A stretch of 64,000 bases of DNA from an uncultured delta proteobacterium (lineage in GTDB: Bacteria > Desulfobacterota > Binatia > UBA9968): positions 512,001-576,000 of the forward strand of contig CAWFJP010000014.1 of the NCBI GenBank assembly GCA_963816145.1, given 5' to 3'. The position numbers were made by a program, and so were the translations under genes. The first letter of the stretch is position 1. Every line of letters begins with the position of its first letter. Under the pieces are notes generated by a model that saw nothing but the letters and a program-made list of their open reading frames with translations, was not told where the DNA came from and did no database searches. Shown here piece by piece: positions 51,226 through 60,875 of the stretch.

Positions 51226-52228
51226 ATGAGAAAAACAATCTTTCTCTTCCTTTTTGCCACTCTAGTTCTAGCCAATGTTCATCTAGCTGACGCGCAGCCG
51301 TCGCGAAAGGTCGTTCGCATCGGCTACTTGGCAAACCGTCCACCCCCTTCAGGCTTGGATACGAACAGGAAAGACTTCCTCGACGAGCTGCGCAAGCTCG
51401 GATGGATTGAGGGTCAGAATATTGCGGTCGAGCAACGCTACTGGGAAAATCAGGTCGATCGACTCGTCGCTCAATCCGCCGAGCTGATTCGTCTCAAGGT
51501 AGATATCCTTGTGACAAGCACGGGATCAGCAGCTCAAGCTGCTAAGAGAGCCACTAACGTTATCCCCATTGTCATGGTTAGTTCGGCCGATGCAGTAAGA
51601 CAGGGACTCGCTACCAGCCTGGCGCGCCCGGGCGGGAATGTTACGGGTTGACCACCGCTTCGCCATGGGTCATCGGGAAACGGCTTGAACTCATGAAGGA
51701 GGCATTCCCCAAGGTGTCGCATGTAGCTGTCGTAGACTGTGGTGGGTTCGCCCAGATGATTCCATTGGTCGCTTTAGCGGTAAAACGCACTGGAATGAAG
51801 TGCAAGACGCGGCACGACTCCAAAAAATCGAGTTATTACCGGTCTCACTGCGAGGCCTCGGAGAGATCGAGGGAGCGCTAGGAGTGATCATGCGAGAGCG
51901 TGTTGATGCTTTGTTCGTGACCGACTGCACGACGGTGCCCGCTGGCGACTTTATCGCACTCGCGGTCAAGAGCCGGCTCCCGGCAACATATCCATTTAGT
52001 CTTTTCGTAACGAAAGGTGGCCTCATGTCTTACGGAGCAGACGAAAGAGCATCATATCGGCGCGCAGCCCACTTCGTCGACAAAATCTTGAACGGTGCGA
52101 ATCCAGCCGAATTACCTGTTGAGCAGCCCACGGAATTTGAGTTCGTGATCAATCTGAAGACAGCTAAACAAATAGGCGTTACGATTCCGCCCGAAGTACT
52201 CATGTGGGCCAATAAAGTAATCAAATGA
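51226..52228 (+). pseudogene. second ABC_sub_bind substrate-binding protein, frameshifted (~51650, ~51750-51800)
   Basis: Same family motifs spread over three frames. Confidence 0.85.
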
Positions 52229-52256
52229 CAGGTTGCTAGGCAGCGGTCATAACCGT

Positions 52257-54176
52257 ATGAGTAACTTCAAGGCTAAAATCGAAAGTCTAAAATCGCAAAT
52301 CGCTCCCTTCCTCTTGCGCCGCAGACGCGGCCGGCTTGTCCGCCATTACTTTCTCATTTCGCTATTGTTGATTGCCGGCGGATTGGTCAGTAGCGGCATG
52401 TTGGAAATCTATTTCCGCTATCGCGAAAGCCAGGAACAAATCGCCCGCCTCGAACGCGAGGCGGCTGCCGTGGCTGCCTTGAAGATCGAGCGGTTCGTTC
52501 AGGACATCGTGACCGCGATCAGATCAGCGACCAAGAGCCGCGAATCCGCTCAGAGCAACATTTCACCCGAATATCGATTTGAGCTGAAAAGGCTTCTCTA
52601 TCTAGCACCGGCAATAACCGAAGCCATAGCCTTGGATACCAGCGGAGCGAAACAAGCGCACGAATCCCGCGCTGGCGCCGTTTCTCACAATATAAGTTCG
52701 GATGTCAGTTCCACGCCTGGCTTTCAGCGTGCCATGCAAGGATTGCCCGATTATAGCCCGGTTTACTTCGTGCAGAACTCCGAGCCTCACATGACGATTA
52801 ATTATCCTATCGAGCAATACGCCGGGACGGTCATAGCCGTGCTTCGCGCGGAAGTAAATCTCAAGCACGTCTGGGACATTGTTTCCAGCATTAAAGCCGG
52901 GGAAGCGGGCTATGCCTATGTTGTTAGCCGGACCGGTGATCTTATCTCTCACCGGGATATCAGTTTGGTCTTACAACGAAGAAATTTAGGTCATCTCAAT
53001 CAGGTGAAAGCAGCGTTTCAGGCCGCTTCAGGTACACTCCGGCCTGAAGTGACGCTGGTTGATAATCTGGATGGAAAAAGAGTCATCAGTTCCTACGCGT
53101 TCATCCCACTCCTCCAATGGGTTGTGATCATCGAAAGACCCGAAGAAGAAGCTTATGCGCCGCTTCGTGCGTCAACGCTACGGACTGCCGCACTTCTTCT
53201 GGTGGCATTCATCATGGCGTTGTTGGCGGGTTTGTTTATGAGGCAACGCGTCGTTCGGCCTCTCGAGACCCTTCGTCGCGGCGTGGAGCGGATCGGCAAG
53301 GGAGATTTGGACCATCGGCTCGACATGAAGACCAGCGACGATATCGAGATTCTCGCCGATGAGTTCAACAAGATGGCGGCGCATGTCAAAGAAGGTTACA
53401 CGGACCTCGAACGCAAAGTGGCGGAGCGAACTCGTGAGCTGACCGTCGCCAATGTCCAACTTGCGGAACTTAATTCACTCAAGTTGCAGTTTCTCGCCAA
53501 TGTGAATCACGAGCTGCGTACTCCCCTGAGCGCGATCATCGGCTATGCCGGATTGGTGCTCAACGAAACCCAAGGCCAAATCTCCCCACTCCAAAAGGAG
53601 AACCTTCAAGACCTTCTCAAAAACGCGGAGCGGCTGCTCACGCTGATTGATAGTTTGCTCGACATCAGCGCGATTGAAGCCGGAAAATTGCCAGTGCGCG
53701 TCGAACCTGTGGACCTGGAAGAAATCGTCCGATCCGCTGTTACGACAATCGAATCGACGGTGGACAAGAATCATGTGCAGGTCATCCGTAGCACCGCTCT
53801 AAATATGCCGGTCTTCAACACGGATTGCGACAAATTGGGACAGATTCTGCTCAACCTCCTGGACAATGCAGCAAAGTTCACGGAGCGCGGCGAGATTCGA
53901 ATCTGCGCAGTGCGGGAGAACGGATCGGTCAAATTGGTCGTGTCCGACACGGGTATCGGCATTCCGGAGCAGGATCTAGACCGAGTCTTCGAAGAATTTC
54001 ACCGGGTTGGAAGGGCGAACGGCAAGAAATATCGCGGCACCGGCCTGGGGCTCGCTATCGTCAAGCGGCTTATCGTTCTATTGGGTGGGAGCATCGAAGT
54101 CTCGAGTAAATTGGGCGAGGGATCGAGCTTTACGGTGACGCTGCCGCTGGACTATAAATCGAGTACGGAAGTTTAA
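52257..54176 (+). CDS. sensor histidine kinase (TM-Cache-TM-HAMP-HisKA-HATPase)
   Basis: HELRTPL, QILLNLLDNA.KFT, DTGIGI, GTGLGL. Confidence 0.95.
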   Translation: MSNFKAKIESLKSQIAPFLLRRRRGRLVRHYFLISLLLIAGGLVSSGMLEIYFRYRESQEQIARLEREAAAVAALKIERFVQDIVTAIRSATKSRESAQSNISPEYRFELKRLLYLAPAITEAIALDTSGAKQAHESRAGAVSHNISSDVSSTPGFQRAMQGLPDYSPVYFVQNSEPHMTINYPIEQYAGTVIAVLRAEVNLKHVWDIVSSIKAGEAGYAYVVSRTGDLISHRDISLVLQRRNLGHLNQVKAAFQAASGTLRPEVTLVDNLDGKRVISSYAFIPLLQWVVIIERPEEEAYAPLRASTLRTAALLLVAFIMALLAGLFMRQRVVRPLETLRRGVERIGKGDLDHRLDMKTSDDIEILADEFNKMAAHVKEGYTDLERKVAERTRELTVANVQLAELNSLKLQFLANVNHELRTPLSAIIGYAGLVLNETQGQISPLQKENLQDLLKNAERLLTLIDSLLDISAIEAGKLPVRVEPVDLEEIVRSAVTTIESTVDKNHVQVIRSTALNMPVFNTDCDKLGQILLNLLDNAAKFTERGEIRICAVRENGSVKLVVSDTGIGIPEQDLDRVFEEFHRVGRANGKKYRGTGLGLAIVKRLIVLLGGSIEVSSKLGEGSSFTVTLPLDYKSSTEV

Positions 54177-54190
54177 AATTAGCACAACCT

Positions 54191-55537
54191 ATGAGCGAAA
54201 ATATTCTGATCGTTGACGATGAGCCTTCCAACCGAAGAATCGTCGAGCAAGTCTGTGTCGCGCGCTGGCTACAGAGTCGAAACGGCGGAAGACGGCGCGG
54301 AAGCTCTCAAACAACTCGAAGCTTTTCATCCTGATCTGATTATTCTTGACTACATGATGCCCGGGCTGAGCGGCATGGACGTGCTGCGCGAGCTGCGTAG
54401 ACGGGAGGATGATACGCCGGTGATCATGGTTACAGCCTACGGCAATATCGAACGAGCCGTCGAAGCCATGCATGAAGGCGCTTACGACTTTATCACTCGC
54501 CCTTTCAAACCCGAGCATATCACGCACGTCGTGCAAAAAGCGTTGGAGCGCCAGCGGCTGAAGCGCGGCATCGAGATCCTCTCGGAGGAGGTGGGCGAAC
54601 GCTATCAATTGGTTGTCGGTGCAAGTGTCAGGATGAAGCAGGCCGTCGATCTGGCTGAGAAAGACCGCCGCCAGCAACGCCACTGTTTTGCTCCTCGGCG
54701 AAAGCGGCACGGGCAAAGAGATCTTCGCCCGCTCCATCCACAACTGGAGTGCGCGAGTGGACAGACCGTTTATCGCAATAAACTCGGTCGGACTTTCCAA
54801 GGAGCTTCTCGAGAGCGAGTTGTTTGGCTACGAGCAAGGCGCATTCACTGGAGCTCAGCGGCGCAAAAAAGGTAAAGTGGAATTAGCCGAAGGCGGGACC
54901 ATTTTTTTCGACGAGATCGGCGATATCTCTCAGGATCTCCAGGCGAAACTTTTGAGATTTTTACAGGAACGCGAGTTCGAGCGTGTCGGCGGAGCGACTC
55001 CCATAGCCGTTGACGTTCGGGTTATCGCTGCGACCAATCGCGACCTGGAGCGCTGTGTTCGGGAAGGACTGTTCCGCGAAGATCTTTACCACCGCCTCAA
55101 TGTTGTCGCCATTAAGCTCCCGCCATTGAGGGAACGGCGTGAAGATTTGCCTAGTTTATTGGAATATTTTTTGCGCAAGCACGCCACGGCAACTGGTAAA
55201 GATTGTCACCGGCTTCACCGACGAAGCCCGCGAGCGCATGGCAGCCTACAACTGGCCCGGTAACGTTCGCGAGGTATCGAATGTTATAGAGCGGGCGGTC
55301 GTGCTCAGTACCGGCCCGACCATCACTTTAAGAAACCTGCCCAGCAGAATCGCCAACGGAGAAGGTTCGGGACTATCTGAGAACCTGTCGTATCGAGATG
55401 GTATGAACGCGGCGAGGAAGCTGTTAATCCTCAAAGCGCTTTCCCGGACTCAAGGCAATCGCGCCGCCGCAGCCAAGCTGCTCGGTCTCGAATCCAAGTA
55501 CCTTTTGAAACTTATGAAGTCTCTCGAAATCGAATGA
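54191..55537 (+). pseudogene. NtrC-family sigma54-dependent response regulator, three frameshifts (~54252, ~54663, ~55200)
   Basis: [35 protein letters not shown], Fis-type HTH. Confidence 0.9.
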
Positions 55538-55559
55538 CGCGTTAGCTGCCGGTCGTGGG

Positions 55560-55700
55560 TTGGAGTGAAGCAACCCCGATGGGTCGATGTCGACCAAAGT
55601 CGCGGTGCGTCGGAAGATGGGCGTCGGAATCGTGCTAGCGGATTCGATCAAGTCGGAACTCGCATCCGGCGAATTCAAGATTTTGAAAGTTTTAGGGCCT
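55560..55700 (+). pseudogene. LysR substrate-binding domain C-terminal fragment
   Basis: KVAVRRKMGVGIV....IKSELASGEFKILKV. Confidence 0.6.
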
Positions 55701-55749
55701 GGAGCTGGTCGCGCGGAGCTGCGTCGTTTAGCCAAACATAACTCACCCA

Positions 55750-55857
55750 TCATTTGCGTCGTTTCGTCGCTTTCATCCACGGGATCGGCTTGCCAAGAAG
55801 CGAACTTGGACCGATCAGAGAGGGTGTTTGTTTATAGCCCGGGAGTTTTAACCGTTC
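55750..55857 (-). pseudogene. diverged direct copy of the last 35 codons plus stop of the caspase-fusion gene (58788-58895)
   Basis: 108-bp gap-free alignment; 5 synonymous and 4 non-synonymous differences. Confidence 0.93.
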
Positions 55858-56006
55858 ATATCATTTCATTCGGACTAGGAATGTGAAGTTTGCCACGGCG
55901 AATCCCTTTAGCGGATGTCCACGTTTCATGCTTGGTTCATGTGTGACTCTGGTTAAAGCGATTCAAAAGTGCCCGAAAGCATTGCTACGATGACCTCCGG
56001 TCGGCG

Positions 56007-57068
56007 TTAACTTAATGCGACCCCTTTCTCCAGCAGAGCTTTAATCATCACCGCGGCGCCGCATTGCAGCGATACAGCCTGCGGATCGAATTGGCCGTCG
56101 GCAACATACTTTCCCTGTTCATAGTGATTCGAAAAACTCCATAAATAAGGAGTAGGCAAACGTTTGTTGCGATAACCGAAGCCGTTGAATTTCTCAAGCA
56201 GGTAGAGCATGTGAGGTATCGACCAGTCGGTAACGCTAGCCAGACCATCCAGTTTCAACGCGTCAGCTGCACTTTCTTCCCATTGGAAGGGTGGTGTGCC
56301 ATCGCGAGGTTGACCAGCGGGGACATGAGTAGTTTGTCTCGTTAGCGGATCGCCATTGTGCAAATGGCAAGCGAAGTTAAAGCCGCATTCCATGGCATGG
56401 ATGATCCCGACCATTGCCCATGGAACATTATTCACACTGGAACTGACGGACTCATAACGGCTCTGGTTTTTGAGTAACTGCTTAATATGCCAGTCGACTT
56501 TACTTTGTTGCTCCGCTTTGATGGCCATCGTTTCGAAAAACCGCTGGTATTCCAAGCGCAGGACTGTGAAGTCTTTACTGGTGTCTATGGTCAAATCGGT
56601 CGCCGGTATTTCAGGTGTTGATGGGGAACTAGGCGGCGCCGGCGGCGGGGGCGTTGGTTGGGTTGTTCTCGATGGAGGGACGGTTGTCGTACTGGAGGTG
56701 GATTCGGGAGATGCGGGTGGAGGTGTAGCCGGCGGATCAATCGCCCGAGGTGAAGGTTCTGAAAGCTCTCCGTTCCGGAGCAGTTGATGGGTCCGAGTAA
56801 TTACTCCTTCGATCGCTTTGACGAAGTCATCAAAGGGACCTAGACGCGCGCTGTTTACCACTCGTTCGAGCGAGATAGTCGCCCTTTGAATGGCATTCGC
56901 TGCATCTTGCAGGTCCGCCTGATTAATTCGTGCTCGAATATTGTTTAGTTGGTTGATAGCGTCAGTAATCGTAGCTTGTTCGGTAGCGTCGGTAGTCTGG
57001 CTGAATCGGTCGGTCAAGACATTTAAGGCTTCAGTGAGTTTTCCTCGCGCTTCGTTCTGGATTCCCAT
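56007..57068 (-). CDS. lysozyme-family (COG5526-like) protein with helical N-domain and Pro/Thr linker
   Basis: IH.ME..F.F..HLHNGDPL...T.HVPAG, WEESA.DAL, E..NG.GY, PYLWS, GKYVADG.FD. Confidence 0.82.
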   Translation of the reverse strand: MGIQNEARGKLTEALNVLTDRFSQTTDATEQATITDAINQLNNIRARINQADLQDAANAIQRATISLERVVNSARLGPFDDFVKAIEGVITRTHQLLRNGELSEPSPRAIDPPATPPPASPESTSSTTTVPPSRTTQPTPPPPAPPSSPSTPEIPATDLTIDTSKDFTVLRLEYQRFFETMAIKAEQQSKVDWHIKQLLKNQSRYESVSSSVNNVPWAMVGIIHAMECGFNFACHLHNGDPLTRQTTHVPAGQPRDGTPPFQWEESAADALKLDGLASVTDWSIPHMLYLLEKFNGFGYRNKRLPTPYLWSFSNHYEQGKYVADGQFDPQAVSLQCGAAVMIKALLEKGVALS

Positions 57069-57130
57069 ATTTTTAGCCTCCTCTTATGGCTCTCCAATGT
57101 CGTCGCCGGGCGTTGGCGATTACCCTGACT

Positions 57131-58048
57131 TTAAGCCCCCGCCCCGCGCAGGGTTGAATAGACCCTCCTCCATGTATCGGCATGCGCTGCCAGGCGAGCA
57201 GACTTCTCGGCGACAAAGGCGACGGACGCTGGGTTGCTGGGTTGCTGTACCGCCGTTACTAACTCGTCAAAGGTGTTTTGTAACTGCCCGAGCAGAACAA
57301 CGTAGTTAGAGACGACGATGCGGTAGTTTGAAATGCGATCCAAATGGTTTTTAGCAATTACCGGACTCTTCAACGCGTCGGCACTTGTTATACCTTTTAC
57401 AGATTGAAAAATTAGCGTGTTAAAAACTGCTGGCGCCCCATCTCGTAAACTTATCACCAACCTTTTCACATGGGGGGCCCCGGCTAGAACGAGGCGATTC
57501 ATCTCCTCGACATTCTTACGCTGAGCCGCGTCTCTAATGATCGGATCGAGTGCTGCGAGCGCTCCCGTAAATGCCGCGCCGCCTCCCGGTCCTGCCCCCA
57601 TAGCAATCAGTGCTGCAATGTTTCCACCGAGGTTTTGTATCTGCGCCGAGGTTTCGTCTAGATTGCGGCCTTCGGCGAGAGTCAATAGGACTTCCGAATA
57701 TCGGCCTATCAGGCGAATACCATCACGAATCCGTCGCGTTGTCGGTGGATCGCCGATTTCCGAATAATAAGGCGCGTCGGTAGTGCAGTAGCCATCGATG
57801 AACCCGACTTTGGCCCACTGTATCCCGGCACATTCCCCTTGAAAAGTGTTGTCTTTCGCGTTGGCTTCGGCGACAGTCTGACCCTGTCGCCGTTCCGCGA
57901 TGGCTAGGTCATCGAATAACGGCTGACTCGCCTCGTTGAAGGTGATAAAGGCGTTGTTAAAGAACCGGACTTCTTGGACTGGTGCTACAGCGCAGCTCGC
58001 TATTACTAAGAGCATGAGCGGAAGCGTGAAATTTAGACAGCGTTTCAT
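57131..58048 (-). CDS. putative lipoprotein
   Basis: MKR..hydrophobic..IASC lipobox; helical-looking body; directly upstream of the lysozyme-like gene. Confidence 0.7.
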   Translation of the reverse strand: MKRCLNFTLPLMLLVIASCAVAPVQEVRFFNNAFITFNEASQPLFDDLAIAERRQGQTVAEANAKDNTFQGECAGIQWAKVGFIDGYCTTDAPYYSEIGDPPTTRRIRDGIRLIGRYSEVLLTLAEGRNLDETSAQIQNLGGNIAALIAMGAGPGGGAAFTGALAALDPIIRDAAQRKNVEEMNRLVLAGAPHVKRLVISLRDGAPAVFNTLIFQSVKGITSADALKSPVIAKNHLDRISNYRIVVSNYVVLLGQLQNTFDELVTAVQQPSNPASVAFVAEKSARLAAHADTWRRVYSTLRGAGA

Positions 58049-58269
58049 CGTGCCCCGATCTGAGTATTCGTGACGTTGGATTGTCATGTTTTTCTCCTAA
58101 CTCATGCGTCCGTTGTGATAACGACTTCTGGTGAGTTCTCTATTTTTAGCAGTCCCCCATTGGAAGTATTTTTGCAGCAACAATAAGGCGAACAAGTGTC
58201 GACCGTGAATTTTACCTCGTTGGGACTAAAAAGTCAGTAGTAACTTTACTTCGATTCGGACCCGATCAT

Positions 58270-58560
58270 TTTGTGTCGCCCGCCCCGGAGTGTGACGAAA
58301 GCTTGGCAGCAGCTAGCCATAAGCGAGCCTTCGATTTCGCTCCATCTAAAGGAGTTACAACAGCACTACAGGACAATCTGTTTCGCAGGGCTTGGAATGG
58401 GGTGGTGCTCACTGCGGAGGGACAGGACTGTCTGCACCGGGTCGTTCCGATCCTCGATCAGTTGGCGGAGATGGAGAAGGGCGCTTGGGTAACCCAAAGT
58501 AAGGACACTTCACCAATGCTCCGGGTCGGCAGTTCTGGTGCCGAAACTATTAGCGCGCAC
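58270..58560 (+). pseudogene. LysR N-terminal HTH fragment
   Basis: SVTKA.QQL.ISEPSIS.HLKEL, then LF.R...GV.LT.EG...LRVG in another frame. Confidence 0.7.
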
Positions 58561-58787
58561 GCGCCAGTAATATCCCGGTGTGGATCTTGAGAGTCGGACC
58601 CGGACTTCGGACCAGCTCGAACGGATGCTTTTGCTGTCATTGTTGGACTTGGCCGTGACCGGAACGAGCGCGGCGGACCGCAGTGAAGAGTTCAAAACGT
58701 TCAACTCGTTCAACCACTGCGCTCCATTCAAAACGTGTCGGACAGTGAATGATTGATGCCCTAAGGGTTCTGGCGGTTCGAAACGCC

Positions 58788-60557
58788 TCATTTGCGTCGT
58801 TTCGTCGCTTTCACCCACGGAATCGGCTTGCCAAGAAGCGAACCTGGACCGACCAATGAGGGCGTTTGTTTGTAGCCCAGGAGTTTTAACCGTTCGGCGG
58901 TGAGTTTGGTCAACCTGCGGAAGTTGGGATTAGCGCCTTTCTTGCGGGTTTCGCGCAAGATTTTCGCCAGGGCAAAAGTAAACGCGCCGTAGGAGTTGGC
59001 GCCGTCGCGGTACTCGTAAGAGAGTTCTTCTTCCTGGCAGGCTTCGACGATAATCGGCAAGTAAGCGCCATGATGATCGAGCTCTTTGCGCTCGCGATCG
59101 TAACGGTTGTTTGGCAGGCCGCGCAGGGAGACGCCGCGGCCGAGGCGGTGGGTCGCGCCGTTGGCGCCAAGAAACTGGGCGCCCTCGGATGATCTCGCCA
59201 ATGAGCGATTGGCTGTCTGTAAGTCGCGATCCTCCCACATTTCGAGCTCGCTGTTCCAACGCAGGGCGCGATGACGAATATCGTCCGGCGGGTTGATGCC
59301 GCGGGCACGCGGGCCGCCGTCGCGGCTCATGCCGCCTGAGTGACAGCAGTCGAAGATTGCCGCGAAGCGCGATTCGTAGGGCAGTTGGCTGTATAGGTTG
59401 ACGAACTGATTGTCGATGATGGCGCGCTGCGGGCTCCAGTCGAAATCGTGCGGCACTAGACACTCGTCATAATGGTCAACCTCCTCCTTGCTGCCGTAGG
59501 CGGGGATCTGCGCGCCGTGGCCTGAATAGAAAAGCACCCGTTCGTCGCCGCTTTGCACATCGTCAAGCAACCAGTGAAGCCGCTCCATGATACTGGCGGC
59601 GGTGGCTCGCTCGTTGAGGACGACGCGAATGTCTTCGGGGCGATAGCCGCATTCTTGCAGCACCGAACTCATCAAATAGGTGTCGTTGACGCAGCCTTCC
59701 AGGCAATTTGCCGGATTCGGATATTCGTTGATGCCGATCAACAAGGCGCGCCGGGCGGGCGGCGTCGTGAGCGCGCGGGTCGAGCGCAGCTCGCGCGTCA
59801 AAGCTCGCGCTACCTGGGCGCTGGCGACTTCCGGCCACACCCGAGCTTGGGTGTTGGTGTGGTTAAAATAGTAAAGCGGGTCATGGTTGAGCACGTCGTT
59901 GGGCTTGTCGAAGTCGGCAACGATCTGGGCGAAATTGGCGTCTTCGAGTTTAATTCTCGCGGTAAAAACATTGTCGTTTGAGTTATAAAGATGAAACCAC
60001 ATGCGCGCGTCGAGCGCTTCGATGCGTCCGGCAAAGCAATCGCGGACAAATGGGTTGCCGATCTGGGATCCGAAGGTCAGCAGTATCTTGTTATTCAGCG
60101 TGCCGGGGGTTCGGCGGCAAGTGTCGTAGGTGATCAATGAGCCAAGACTATGGGCAGCGATGACGTCATAAGAATCTGCCGCGAGTTTGGCGAGTAGCCG
60201 CTTGCGCAGCGCTGCGCGCAGGTCGTCTTCAGAAGCCCATTGCGCGACCATGCCCGCGGTCCAACGGATCTGTTCCGGCAAATCGAAGAGCCCCCGGCTT
60301 CCCGGCAACAGATCGCCGATGCCGTGGAACACGCCGCTGGCCAGAAGCTTCGCAAAGGCTTTGCCGTAGGTGACGGGGTCGTGCGGGGCGTGATCGAACA
60401 GATCGTCGTAGGTAAAAAAATCGCAGGTCACCGTGGCGTCAGCTGCCCAGCGCTGAATGTTTGCCGTGATCGCATTTGTCCACGACGGCACGAGATTAGG
60501 ATCGTCGTCGCCATGACCGACCCCATGGATGCAGAGAATGTTTAGTTGTTTGGGCAT
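58788..60557 (-). CDS. alpha/beta-hydrolase (lipase-like) domain fused to a caspase-family (C14) peptidase
   Basis: IHGVG, AHSLGS, TFGSQ; then ALLIGINEY, L.GC.ND, YSGHG, FDCCHSG, GAFT. Confidence 0.88.
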   Translation of the reverse strand: MPKQLNILCIHGVGHGDDDPNLVPSWTNAITANIQRWAADATVTCDFFTYDDLFDHAPHDPVTYGKAFAKLLASGVFHGIGDLLPGSRGLFDLPEQIRWTAGMVAQWASEDDLRAALRKRLLAKLAADSYDVIAAHSLGSLITYDTCRRTPGTLNNKILLTFGSQIGNPFVRDCFAGRIEALDARMWFHLYNSNDNVFTARIKLEDANFAQIVADFDKPNDVLNHDPLYYFNHTNTQARVWPEVASAQVARALTRELRSTRALTTPPARRALLIGINEYPNPANCLEGCVNDTYLMSSVLQECGYRPEDIRVVLNERATAASIMERLHWLLDDVQSGDERVLFYSGHGAQIPAYGSKEEVDHYDECLVPHDFDWSPQRAIIDNQFVNLYSQLPYESRFAAIFDCCHSGGMSRDGGPRARGINPPDDIRHRALRWNSELEMWEDRDLQTANRSLARSSEGAQFLGANGATHRLGRGVSLRGLPNNRYDRERKELDHHGAYLPIIVEACQEEELSYEYRDGANSYGAFTFALAKILRETRKKGANPNFRRLTKLTAERLKLLGYKQTPSLVGPGSLLGKPIPWVKATKRRK

Positions 60558-60875
60558 CGGATAACCTCCTGAGGGAAAATTCGTTCAAGGGTTCAAGGTT
60601 CAAAAGGTCAATCTTCGTGAGTCGATTCCCATCACATTGCTGCGAAAAACAAATTTCTCATCTGAAGTCCGTCATTCCCGCATGCTTTAAGCGGGAATCC
60701 AGGCGAGACCCTAACCGAACCCGCGACCCAGTCAACCTCACTCAAGGTAATGCTGAGCGGCCCAGTCAAACCACCATTGAAATATTCAGGGGTCACGTCG
60801 TGATGACAAATTTCACCGCCGAGAGTTACATCGCCGCAGCCAGCCAAGGGCGCGGCTCTTGAAGCAACCAACTCT

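Noticed and set aside
4386-60608. Short periodic repeats as CRISPR arrays
   Set aside because: Units are 7-9 bp without unique 30-40 bp spacers, and there are no cas genes.
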